DNA from: Candidatus Kaiserbacteria bacterium CG10_big_fil_rev_8_21_14_0_10_47_16
GTDB taxonomy: Bacteria > Patescibacteriota > Minisyncoccia > Phycocordibacterales > UBA918
Length of the DNA: 64,000 nt
Assembly: GCA_002773395.1 (NCBI GenBank)
Contig: PFBI01000006.1
Location: 242,797 to 306,796 of the forward strand
Direction: 5' to 3'
Shown here: in pieces, positions 19,218 through 27,862 of the stretch
Layout: every line of letters begins with the position of its first letter
How positions within the stretch are numbered: the stretch's first letter is position 1
Notes under the pieces: generated by a model
Seen by the model: the letters and a program-made list of their open reading frames with translations, nothing else
What the model was told of the DNA's origin: nothing
The model's database searches: none
Position numbers and translations under genes: made by a program

Positions 19218-19225
19218 ATAGATGG

Positions 19226-19699
19226 TTAGCCTTTGAGGTAGAGTTCAAAGTCTTCAGGAGTTTCCCCTTCTCCCGCTGGTACGAGATTGAGTTCAACCTC
19301 TTGTCCCATGAACCGAGCTTTGATAACCGCCTCAGCACTTGCGTCAAATGAGACCTTGAATCGCTGCGGAGTAATTGCCTGCACACACGTCTCTGACGTG
19401 TTGATGACATTGAAGTCAATAGTCACTTGCTCCGGCATCGATTCTGCTACCGTTGCCTGCCCGTCGAGAAGGTCACACGGTGTTGGCATATCGATTTCCC
19501 CTGCAACCGTATGCGTTCCGTCTATGTAGAAATGCTTTGCATCAATACGCGTAATACCGTATGGATTCTCTGTCGGTGTCTGGTCTTCCACTGGCGCATC
19601 TTCTTTTGCATTGTTCTTATTGACGTACACGAGCACAAAAAGTCCAACGACAATCAGTACAAAAGCAATCCCCCCTACAATCATATTTTTTGGATACAT
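19226..19699 (-). CDS. Membrane-anchored hypothetical protein (157 aa), last gene of the surface locus
   Basis: N-terminal TM 'IVGGIAFVLIVVGLFVLVYV' and a soluble domain with two Cys. Confidence 0.5.
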   Translation of the reverse strand: MYPKNMIVGGIAFVLIVVGLFVLVYVNKNNAKEDAPVEDQTPTENPYGITRIDAKHFYIDGTHTVAGEIDMPTPCDLLDGQATVAESMPEQVTIDFNVINTSETCVQAITPQRFKVSFDASAEAVIKARFMGQEVELNLVPAGEGETPEDFELYLKG

Positions 19700-19738
19700 A
19701 TAGAGTCAATAATAGCGAATATATCTTAGTATACCATA

Positions 19739-20818
19739 TTAGGCTTCTGCCTCGGGTTCTGCTTTTTTAGGAGTTTTCTTGGCCACTTTCCGAACCGCCT
19801 TCTTTGTCGCTTTCTTCTTTGCTACTTTCTTTTTTGCGGGAGCCTTTTTAACGGTTGCTGCTTTTGCTTTCTTTTGGAATTGTTCAATATTTCGATACAA
19901 CTCAGCGCGAAGTGTCGCGAAGTTATCTTCTGCATGTTTATAGGCTGCTGCCATTTCACGAATGTGCGCGTCTACGAGTTTTTGATATCGGCGTCGTTCT
20001 GCACGAATCACAAAGAAGAGACAAGCGATTATAATCATTCCGAGTAAGAGGATGAGGTCGCTCGTTCGCAATGACTGCATTTTGAAAAACGACATACTGA
20101 CACCGTACTGTGCAACCTGTGTTTCAGGAACATTTAATGCTGTCGTCGTCGTACTGGTGTTGCCCGCACCATCGTGCGCAACAACCATAAGCGTATGGCT
20201 CCCCGGAGTAACGGCGTCGAGTAAGTACCCGTTCACAACATCTGCTGCCGATACTGTTGTAAGCGGCGTACCGTCGAGGGTAAGTTCGTAACGTGCTACA
20301 CCAGAACCTGCGTCAGTTGTATTAAATATAAGTACTGGTGATCCGTCAGTATCCTCAATAGCGACCGAGGTAACCTTCGGTGCGGTAACATCGATCTGGA
20401 TACGGTAGTACCCAACTGCGCCCCATCCCGCATCATTCTTAAATTGCACCGCGAGGTACTGCACTCCTTCATGGAGGTCGGTGGCATCAAGGGCCACCTT
20501 ATTCACCAATGAACTAGCAGAACTGCTTGGCGCTTGGTCTGGTGTGTCCATGAGTTCGTAGGCAACCTTTGTCGCGCCAGCGGGAATATTCCACCAAACC
20601 GTCCCTGATTCTCCTTGTTGCCAACCATCTTCTGGACCAAAGTCATCTGAGCAAATAGTTGGGGCTGCAGGTGTGCCGTCGTCTGAAGTAGATTCAAACA
20701 ACACTTCTTCCATGCACGGTGGTGTAGATTCTTGTGCACGTGCAAGTGTCACAAATCCAAACGCGAGGCTTGCGCTGAGAGTGATGCTGAGAATAGTGAT
20801 AGTGTTGCGTAAGAGCAT
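19739..20818 (-). CDS. Type I membrane protein: signal peptide, Ig-like ectodomain, TM, and a Lys/Ala-rich histone-H1-like cytoplasmic tail
   Basis: Signal 'ITLSASLAFGFVTLARAQE', a beta-rich 'TAPKVTSVAIED...GSHTLMVVAHDGAGNTS' segment (Big-like), TM 'LILLLGMIIIACLFFVI', and the tail 'KKAKAATVKKAPAKKKVAKKKATKKAVRKVAKKTPKK'. Confidence 0.55.
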   Translation of the reverse strand: MLLRNTITILSITLSASLAFGFVTLARAQESTPPCMEEVLFESTSDDGTPAAPTICSDDFGPEDGWQQGESGTVWWNIPAGATKVAYELMDTPDQAPSSSASSLVNKVALDATDLHEGVQYLAVQFKNDAGWGAVGYYRIQIDVTAPKVTSVAIEDTDGSPVLIFNTTDAGSGVARYELTLDGTPLTTVSAADVVNGYLLDAVTPGSHTLMVVAHDGAGNTSTTTTALNVPETQVAQYGVSMSFFKMQSLRTSDLILLLGMIIIACLFFVIRAERRRYQKLVDAHIREMAAAYKHAEDNFATLRAELYRNIEQFQKKAKAATVKKAPAKKKVAKKKATKKAVRKVAKKTPKKAEPEAEA

Positions 20819-20953
20819 AAAGAACGGTTACCTCCAACTCCTTTCGTCATCTGTATAAAACAATAATAAACTATTTTCATTTTAAGAACATCGACTTGTA
20901 CACAAAACGCACGATGCGAAGCATCGTGCGTTTTGTTTCTCACACTTTATTTT

Positions 20954-21940
20954 TTAAATAATTGTGACACCTGCCGTTAGTGCAACGTGAATATAAAAGA
21001 GAAGTGCCATCGCTGCCAAGAGTCCCCCACCGTACGCAATCTGAATCGGATGTTGCTTTCGCCACTCCATCACAATTGAAAGAATGAGTGACGCGGCAAC
21101 AAAGAGCGCGAGGAGTGCGTAGAGAATTTGCAACATTGTATTCGGGTTGGTGGCAATGCGGCCAAAGATACCTGCGGCTGCTGTTGGCGCTTCGATACCT
21201 GTTCCGGTGCCAAGCGAGCTGGCTTCTGCGTCGCGAGACGTCGTGGCAAGATCTGAATAGCGTGCAGGAGTATCAGTAGTGTCTCCAAGGGCTTCCGGAG
21301 CTACTGTCTGTGCGGCAGGGATTGCTGTCGCAACAGGCGCTGCGACACTCTCTCCAGCAACTGTCTGTGTTCGAAGTGGTGTTGAGGCTGGTGTGCCGAA
21401 AAACTGAACGACAAATACCGTGTCATATCCTTCGTATGTCCCCTTTGCCGTACCGACACCTATTTCAGTAAAATCGCCGTTTAAAATATTTGCGCGGTGA
21501 CCTGGTGAACTCATCCATGCATCAACCACATCTTCTGAGTCGGTGAAGTACACCGCAAGATTTTCTCCTGCGTGTACGAAGTTGTATCCTGACTCATCAA
21601 ACCAAAACCACGGTGCAACACCTTCAGGAGAGTAGTGCGCGAAGTATCCTTCCTTCGCCATATCGTTTGCTTTTTGCTGTGCAGCCTCATCGAGAACACT
21701 ACTGCGACGCAGTGTACCGACAGCTTCACTGCCCCGCGCTTCGTTTGTGAGGTCGACAATGACTGCAGGCAAAATAGTAGATACCAGCCAGTCAGAACTC
21801 ATCCAGAGAAATGACTGAATGTTCGCGAGCGAAAACGAAATAAGAATCAGTATCGCCATGACGGCAACTGACATTTTCTGCAGAACGTGTGGACGATATT
21901 TGTTTTCTTCACACGGAATGAAGTACGGACGTGGTCGCAT
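20954..21940 (-). CDS. CAP/SCP/PR1-like (YkwD-type) domain protein with TM segments at the N- and C-termini
   Basis: 'GYFAHYSPEG', 'AGENLA' and 'SPGHRANIL' match the CAP-domain motifs of YkwD-like proteins. A C-terminal hydrophobic block follows. Confidence 0.65.
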   Translation of the reverse strand: MRPRPYFIPCEENKYRPHVLQKMSVAVMAILILISFSLANIQSFLWMSSDWLVSTILPAVIVDLTNEARGSEAVGTLRRSSVLDEAAQQKANDMAKEGYFAHYSPEGVAPWFWFDESGYNFVHAGENLAVYFTDSEDVVDAWMSSPGHRANILNGDFTEIGVGTAKGTYEGYDTVFVVQFFGTPASTPLRTQTVAGESVAAPVATAIPAAQTVAPEALGDTTDTPARYSDLATTSRDAEASSLGTGTGIEAPTAAAGIFGRIATNPNTMLQILYALLALFVAASLILSIVMEWRKQHPIQIAYGGGLLAAMALLFYIHVALTAGVTII

Positions 21941-22041
21941 AATGTCGTGAATATACTATGTTTTATTGGGTTTGTCAATGGTTATCCCCACTCTGTGAAA
22001 AGAAAAGACCGGCCTTCGGCCGGTCTTTTCTTTTCGCCCTA

Positions 22042-23472
22042 CTACACACTCGAATCATCAAAGAAGAGGAGAATGATTGATCCGGCTGCAATCACCACAA
22101 ATGGCCATGCAACACAGAGTATCGGCGTAAAGGAGCCGAGAATCAACACCACGATCGATGCTGCTGCGAAGTAGAGGTTGCGAATACGCGGATTCCACAT
22201 CGGAGAGAGTATGTGGTGTCCTCGGTAATCGAGTACAGTCGCCGCAAGCCACGCAAGGACGAAGACCCACCAGTATGCGCCTGCAAAGCCGAAGTAAATA
22301 CCGAGCAGAACCGCGATTGTGTACAATGCATCAAAGATAACGCCACGGGTAAAGATTCGCGCAAAGAGTGCTGGTGGGTGACGAAGCTTGTCGTCAATCA
22401 CCGTCCAGAGGAATGACATTGCTGCCAAAATGAGAAGCCACCACGGTACGCATGCTGCAGTGTCGGTCATTGCCGATTTCACCGCATCAATAATATTCGC
22501 AGCAAGACCTTCTACGAGACCTTCCGGACTTGCAGTACCTTCATCTCCTGTTGAAGTGCTTGCACCAAGTACATCTCCAAACGGAGCCCCGCCGCCAACT
22601 CCAAAGAAGTTACCACCTGTCGGCAACGTGAAGGTAAGCGCAATGCCCACGGTAAAGTCATCACTAATATCTTCACGCGATGCTGGTCGACATTCATAGG
22701 TTCCCGGTGTAAGACCGGTGAGTACCGCAGTGTGATCCACCACTTTCGCAGTATCTTCACTTACTTCAAACTCATAGCCAAAGAAATCAGATTGATCGGT
22801 ATTGAGAACAAACGGACCGTTCGCTGTATTGCCGCAGACAAGGTACGTCGTCGAATTTCTATTTGTATCCCATGAAAGTACGGCCCCACCAACGTCGGTG
22901 TTTACCACATCTACTTGTTCATTAAAGAGAATGAATCGTGAGCTTCCGCCGCCGCCGCCACCTCCTCCCCCGCCGCCGCAGTCAGTTACACATTCGTTAT
23001 CCGTCACTGAATCTCCACCTTCAAATCCAACAATGAGATCAAATCCCATACTGCTCTTTTGATATGCGTTCCCTGTACTACTATCGAGTGACGCAGTAAA
23101 GGTGTAGGTACGAGTTGCCCCCGCACCGAGCGTTCCGAGTGATACCGGCGTTGCGGCAAAGAAATTGATGAACGTATCGTTGAAGTAGCTTGTCGGTGAA
23201 CTATCGGTAATTGAAAGTTCCATCACATCGGCAAGACCATTGTTTGACGCTTTATCGATAGAGACGTAGACGTTCTCTATCTCCGTACCATTGTTCGTCA
23301 CGACGACCGTACGACTCACACTGTCCCCCGGTGTTACGTTACTGTTGCTAAAGAGTGGCGTTTGCTCAAATACCACACTGAGGGTTGCTGCTTCTGCTGC
23401 AACCGGCATGAATGCGAGCGCGAGAAAAGCGAGCGTAAGAAGAATATGCTGTTGTAGTGTGCGCGTTATCAT
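22042..23472 (-). CDS. Sec-secreted beta-rich protein with a (Gly)12 tract and a C-terminal multi-helix membrane domain; its start overlaps the stop of the upstream gene (ATGA)
   Basis: Signal 'LAFLALAFMPVAAEAA', 'CGGGGGGGGGGGSS' and about 6 TM helices in the last 150 aa. The 4 bp overlap with 23469-25187 implies translational coupling. Confidence 0.55.
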   Translation of the reverse strand: MITRTLQQHILLTLAFLALAFMPVAAEAATLSVVFEQTPLFSNSNVTPGDSVSRTVVVTNNGTEIENVYVSIDKASNNGLADVMELSITDSSPTSYFNDTFINFFAATPVSLGTLGAGATRTYTFTASLDSSTGNAYQKSSMGFDLIVGFEGGDSVTDNECVTDCGGGGGGGGGGGSSRFILFNEQVDVVNTDVGGAVLSWDTNRNSTTYLVCGNTANGPFVLNTDQSDFFGYEFEVSEDTAKVVDHTAVLTGLTPGTYECRPASREDISDDFTVGIALTFTLPTGGNFFGVGGGAPFGDVLGASTSTGDEGTASPEGLVEGLAANIIDAVKSAMTDTAACVPWWLLILAAMSFLWTVIDDKLRHPPALFARIFTRGVIFDALYTIAVLLGIYFGFAGAYWWVFVLAWLAATVLDYRGHHILSPMWNPRIRNLYFAAASIVVLILGSFTPILCVAWPFVVIAAGSIILLFFDDSSV

Positions 23473-25187
23473 ACTGTTTCAGTTATATTTTCAACCGGTG
23501 TTTCTGCAGGAACATCTACTGGTTCTTTTGCAGGAGCCTCTTCGACTACCGGTTCCTCTGCAGGTACTTCCTCTTCTTCAGTCACCGGTACCTCTTCTTC
23601 TGCTACAACCTCCTCCTCTGCTGGAGCAGACTCCTCTTCAGTAGAAGTGGTCGTTTCTTCCGTTGGTGTTGTCTCTTCTTCGACAACCGGTGTTTCTTCG
23701 CTCGGAGTCTCAACACTTTCATCAGATGTTACCACCTCTTCTTCAGAGGTTCCGTCAGTCGGAGTTTCCGTTCCTGCATCTTCTTTCGGAGTAGCTCCTG
23801 ACCCAGTGCCTGCACCATTTGTGGAATCTCCGGAATCGTCACTACTTTCAGTTTGTGTAATTCCTTCGTCTACAACCACAATCTCTTCTGGTTTATTAGC
23901 GTACTCATTTTCAGTATCAGCCGTCTCGTCGTCGACTGGCTCTTCTTCTGTTTCCACAACTGGCTGCACCTTATTCAACTCACCAACCGCGACACCGAGT
24001 GCGAGGAGTGCGAGCTCTTCCTTCGTTAAATCATTCTCTGTATTTGGTATACCTGGTGTTGGAATTGGGTCCACCCATGCACCTATCCCGTCAGGAATAC
24101 GTGCGTATGATTTATTGTCAGGGACTGTTGCTCCCGGAGTGCAGTCGATACCGCCGCCACTCGGAACAGAATTATTGCCACCACCCGGTGTTGGCGTGAA
24201 GTAACAATAGTCGTAGTCACTTGTGTACGCGTACGAATCTTGAAGTACATCACTTGGGTTATAAAGCTTCACCGTATCACCAGTGTTATTCAAGATAGGC
24301 TTATTCATGTACACCACGAGGAATCCGTTTGCTGGAATGGTTGTTGTTGCAGCGTGTGTAAGATCAACATGTATGGTATTCCCCGCACCACCTGATGCGT
24401 CAACGACATACCATCCCGTAAGGTCAATTGCTGCTGCACTGAGGTTATAGAGCTCTACCCACTCTCCTTGTGGCATATCCGCGCTGTCGTTCCCGTAGTC
24501 AAAAATAAAGTCTGGATCCCTTGAGTCACAACTGTCATTCTCAGGGTCACTACAGAGTGGTCCGTGGGGACTTGGGAGGAATTCATTGAGTACGACAGGG
24601 TGCGCAACTCCTTCCGGTCCAGAGTCTTGTGTATTAATCGTAATACGAAGTTTTTCAACATCGAAGAATCCTGAGTTTGCTTGAATATCTACTCCATCAA
24701 GCCACGCACTAAAGATAAGATCAAACGTACATTCAGTATCAACAGGCGCTACAAATCCGTCAGTGACGGTAATGAACGAGTTCCAGAGACCGTAATCATT
24801 TGTCGGCGTTGTATCGGTGAGTGCGAGCGGTCCGCTGTATGTTGTTGTTCCATGTGCTGCATTCAATGAGAGTGCGCTGCAAACAGATTCATCTCCGCTT
24901 ACAAACTCATACGAGAGTGCGTATTTTGCGTCAATACTTCCTGAAACCAATGCAACGTTTGTATCAAATTGTACTTCATCGGCAGGTTCATTCGTAATTA
25001 CCCCTTCAAATTCATTCATTGAGAGTTCGATATCAAGGAAGCCTGCACTCCAACTATTGATACCTCCTGTTTCAGTGTCACTAAAAAACGCAAATGCTGC
25101 CGTCGGTGCAATGAGCGTAACGCAGAGAAGCGCCGCAATCGCTGCGCTTAGGTATGTGGTTACTCGTGTATGTAATATATGTTTCAT
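23469..25187 (-). CDS. SipW-cognate signal peptide protein with a lamin-tail domain (LTD) and a long acidic low-complexity C-terminal tail
   Basis: N-terminus 'TAAFAFFSDTETGGINSWSAGFLDIEL' is a variant of the TasA/camelysin-class signal. LTD motifs 'VVLNEFLP...GEWVELYNLSAAAIDLTGWYVVD...IPANGFLVV'. The C-terminal tail of about 170 aa is Glu/Thr/Pro/Val-rich. Confidence 0.7.
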   Translation of the reverse strand: MKHILHTRVTTYLSAAIAALLCVTLIAPTAAFAFFSDTETGGINSWSAGFLDIELSMNEFEGVITNEPADEVQFDTNVALVSGSIDAKYALSYEFVSGDESVCSALSLNAAHGTTTYSGPLALTDTTPTNDYGLWNSFITVTDGFVAPVDTECTFDLIFSAWLDGVDIQANSGFFDVEKLRITINTQDSGPEGVAHPVVLNEFLPSPHGPLCSDPENDSCDSRDPDFIFDYGNDSADMPQGEWVELYNLSAAAIDLTGWYVVDASGGAGNTIHVDLTHAATTTIPANGFLVVYMNKPILNNTGDTVKLYNPSDVLQDSYAYTSDYDYCYFTPTPGGGNNSVPSGGGIDCTPGATVPDNKSYARIPDGIGAWVDPIPTPGIPNTENDLTKEELALLALGVAVGELNKVQPVVETEEEPVDDETADTENEYANKPEEIVVVDEGITQTESSDDSGDSTNGAGTGSGATPKEDAGTETPTDGTSEEEVVTSDESVETPSEETPVVEEETTPTEETTTSTEEESAPAEEEVVAEEEVPVTEEEEVPAEEPVVEEAPAKEPVDVPAETPVENITETV

Positions 25188-25213
25188 AAATGTGATTCTG
25201 CGTTGGGATCCTA

Positions 25214-25759
25214 CTACTCAGAAGCCTCTTCATCTTTTTTGCGAAACTCTCGCACAAGCGTACGTGCTTCATCAATGAATACGAGGGCTGCCGGGAGAAC
25301 AATGATGAGAATGAAGCCGAGTGGCTTCCGCGCGAAATCAATGATGTGCCCAATGTACGGGATATCAAAGATGACTTCGCCCGTGATCTTCGATGCGGGA
25401 GTCGGCGTAATATCAGCCTCCTCGTTGGCATCACCCTTTGTGGTGTACATCAACTCTCCCTTTGTAATAGTTTCCGCAATAATACGGTGTGTCGTCGGAA
25501 CGCGTGTTTTGGTATCTTCACCAAATGTCACCACATCACCAACGCGGTATGAACCTGTCGGATAAATAAGGACAAGCGCACCCGTTTTTATTGCCGGCTC
25601 CATAGAACCCGATTGGACGATTTTGATTGAGTAGTCTCCAAAGAGCGGTACCTTGGTACCAATGAGAAGTACCCCAATCAGAATAATAAATCCAATAAAG
25701 AATCCGTAAGCTATTTTTGAAAAGAGCGCTGTGTTCATTATGTTCTTCAGGATTTCCAT
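25214..25759 (-). CDS. sipW: Signal peptidase I of the SipW/archaeal-ER type
   Basis: The catalytic Ser box 'VQSGSMEP' is identical to the B. subtilis SipW motif. One N-terminal TM helix and a C-terminal TM/basic tail. Confidence 0.8.
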   Translation of the reverse strand: MEILKNIMNTALFSKIAYGFFIGFIILIGVLLIGTKVPLFGDYSIKIVQSGSMEPAIKTGALVLIYPTGSYRVGDVVTFGEDTKTRVPTTHRIIAETITKGELMYTTKGDANEEADITPTPASKITGEVIFDIPYIGHIIDFARKPLGFILIIVLPAALVFIDEARTLVREFRKKDEEASE

Positions 25760-25798
25760 CCTGACCCCAACCCCCGAGTATTCGGGAGTTGTTCGTCA
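25748..25798 (-). repeat. Intercistronic hairpin repeat copy 2 (aaccccgagtattcggg core), candidate attenuator between the TasA-like gene and sipW
   Basis: About 90% identical to 27799-27849. GC stem-loop flanked by 'ggatttccatcc'. Confidence 0.55.
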
Positions 25799-25805
25799 GA
25801 AAAGA

Positions 25806-27761
25806 TTATTCGAAGTCTGAGATTTGACCGTCAAAGTTGATCCAGTCAACGTAACCAGTTTCACCCGCAGGTCCTGGGTGTCCTACACGTATTCCAAACC
25901 ATGAATCGGTTGATCGTGTTTCTGCGTTTGGATAGTTCGCAAGAATGTCCGCCCATGTACGTGGTGTAGAGCCTGGTGTTGTACCTGTGTTATCTACTGC
26001 ACCTGCTGGCCAATTGCCACCAGAAAGTGTCCACATTCCTGCAAGGGCGTCCACTGTTGTCCATGTATTTGCCGTTACACCAGTTGGAACCTGCACAAGA
26101 CGTCGCTGCCATGTATCAGAATTATCGAAGTCGACGTTGAAGTGCAGATACGGAGTCTCGCCTGAAACTGATCCGTCATACATACGGTATGACAGCGTTC
26201 CAATATCAGAGAGCTTCACGTCGTTATAACGATAGGTCGCGATGTTATAACGTGCAGCAGCCTCATGGAGCACCATCTTTGCTGCTCCTGAACCAGCAAC
26301 GGCTTCAAAGTGGTTTTCACCACCTGAACCACTGAACTGGTCGATGCTCATAACTGTATCGTTGGTGTCATTGTAGAAGAACCATGCGCCACTTACTTTT
26401 GCGGCAACTTTGTCACCTGTTTCAAGATCATCTTCGGCAACTTCATTTTCATTGCCTCCACCATTTTGATCATCTCCAATGTGGATGTTCTCACACTGGA
26501 ATGAACCATTGTTTCGAACTTGCTCTGCGTATGCAGTAAGAGACGCGGTGAATGAATCACTCATTGCATCGTTATGCATCGTTGATCCGTCACAACCGAA
26601 TGCATTATCGATGTTTGCACTGATTGTACCCGCACACCACGCAAGACCAACGTACCCTGTTGTCGTTGCGGTGAGATATTGTCCATTGTCTGAATCGAGA
26701 CTTGCGATACTACCGAGGTTTCCGAGTGTTGATTCTCCAAGAGAAGTTTCACCAGTCTCATATACTCCGTCAGCGTCAGTATCAAGCCATGAGAAGAACG
26801 TAATGTAGTCCTGTAGTTCACCGTCTTGATCATCATCACCGTACTTTGCTTCTGGTTCCATGATGTCGTTTTCCGCATCCTCTCCATCATGTGCAATGAG
26901 ACATGTGTATGCATCGTTGTCGAACACGTGAAGTGAGATAACGTTTGTTCCAAGGTCTCCTGGCTTCACATCATTGAAGGTGAAGAATGTTTGATCCGTA
27001 AGATCTGTCTCTTCCCAAAGTTGGCACTGCCAAACGTCTGAAGGAATGCCATCGATATCTTCATTATCGCAGTGAAGTGCTCGTACCGCATCAAGATCAA
27101 AACCGTCAGCGTCACTGTTATGCAGCGTTGGATCAGTCGTGTCAGTAATACGAACGTAGTAGACCAATGGTGCATTTCCGTCGAGGTCAATTTCGATAGT
27201 CCCGTCAAACGTAACTGATGAAGGACTTACGTCAACAGTCGTCCAGTCAGATCCATTTGGACTTACTTCGACTTTTACACTTTCATCAGGATACGCAGGT
27301 GAAGTTACACCTGTTGCTTCGTAGATTCGGAGATCATCTCCTGGACCGTCATCAATTCCGTCTGGGAAGTGGAGTACGATGCTGCCGCCAAATCCAAGAC
27401 TCACGAAGCCTGTTGGCGATACGTCCGGAGTACTTCCAGATGTATCTGCTGGGCCGGTGGCATCGTCTGGATTACTCCGTCCTGCAAGAACCGCATCTCC
27501 TCCCTTTCGCAATCCTTGGTTGAAAGAAGTTACTTCTTCAGCCCAACGATTACAACGCGTTGTACAGTCTTCGCCGTTATATGTTTGCTTGAGGTGGTCA
27601 ACCTTAAGATCGATAGAACCTGCGGTAAAGATGTTACCGGTTGAAGTTTCTGTATCGTTAAAGAACGCACCTGTTGCGCTAATAACGAGGGCGGCAATAG
27701 CCACAAGAAGGGCCGCGCTGAGTAATAATCGTTTTTTCGTTAAAATCTGGTTCATGGTCAT
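25806..27761 (-). CDS. TasA/camelysin-like (peptidase M73 family) fibre protein, 651 aa, with a SipW-cognate signal peptide
   Basis: 'ATGAFFNDTETSTGNIFTAGSIDLKV' is the textbook SipW-cognate signal. The core 'FFTFNDVKPGDLGT' parallels the TasA 'LKPGD' region. Confidence 0.75.
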   Translation of the reverse strand: MTMNQILTKKRLLLSAALLVAIAALVISATGAFFNDTETSTGNIFTAGSIDLKVDHLKQTYNGEDCTTRCNRWAEEVTSFNQGLRKGGDAVLAGRSNPDDATGPADTSGSTPDVSPTGFVSLGFGGSIVLHFPDGIDDGPGDDLRIYEATGVTSPAYPDESVKVEVSPNGSDWTTVDVSPSSVTFDGTIEIDLDGNAPLVYYVRITDTTDPTLHNSDADGFDLDAVRALHCDNEDIDGIPSDVWQCQLWEETDLTDQTFFTFNDVKPGDLGTNVISLHVFDNDAYTCLIAHDGEDAENDIMEPEAKYGDDDQDGELQDYITFFSWLDTDADGVYETGETSLGESTLGNLGSIASLDSDNGQYLTATTTGYVGLAWCAGTISANIDNAFGCDGSTMHNDAMSDSFTASLTAYAEQVRNNGSFQCENIHIGDDQNGGGNENEVAEDDLETGDKVAAKVSGAWFFYNDTNDTVMSIDQFSGSGGENHFEAVAGSGAAKMVLHEAAARYNIATYRYNDVKLSDIGTLSYRMYDGSVSGETPYLHFNVDFDNSDTWQRRLVQVPTGVTANTWTTVDALAGMWTLSGGNWPAGAVDNTGTTPGSTPRTWADILANYPNAETRSTDSWFGIRVGHPGPAGETGYVDWINFDGQISDFE

Positions 27762-27798
27762 AAATAAAGTTTTATTTTTAGATCAAGTAACGTTATTC

Positions 27799-27849
27799 TA
27801 GGATTTACATCCTGACCCCAAACCCCGAATACTCGGGGTTTGTTCGTCA
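27799..27849 (-). repeat. Intercistronic hairpin repeat copy 1 after the first TasA-like gene
   Basis: 'catcctgaccccaaaccccgaatactcggggtttgttcgtca'. Perfect stem aaccccgag/ctcggggtt. Confidence 0.55.
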
Positions 27850-27862
27850 AGAAATAGTCTTG

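Noticed and set aside
22945-22980. Poly-G/C tract as a frameshifting phase-variation switch
   Set aside because: The tract is made of GGN triplets within the reading frame. Slippage would change the Gly count, not the frame, so it is reported only as a possible length-variable site.
23647-24204. 185 aa Ser/Thr/Val-rich plus-strand ORF
   Set aside because: It is the opposite-strand shadow of the acidic low-complexity tail of the LTD protein. Its composition is the complement-strand artefact expected for that tail.
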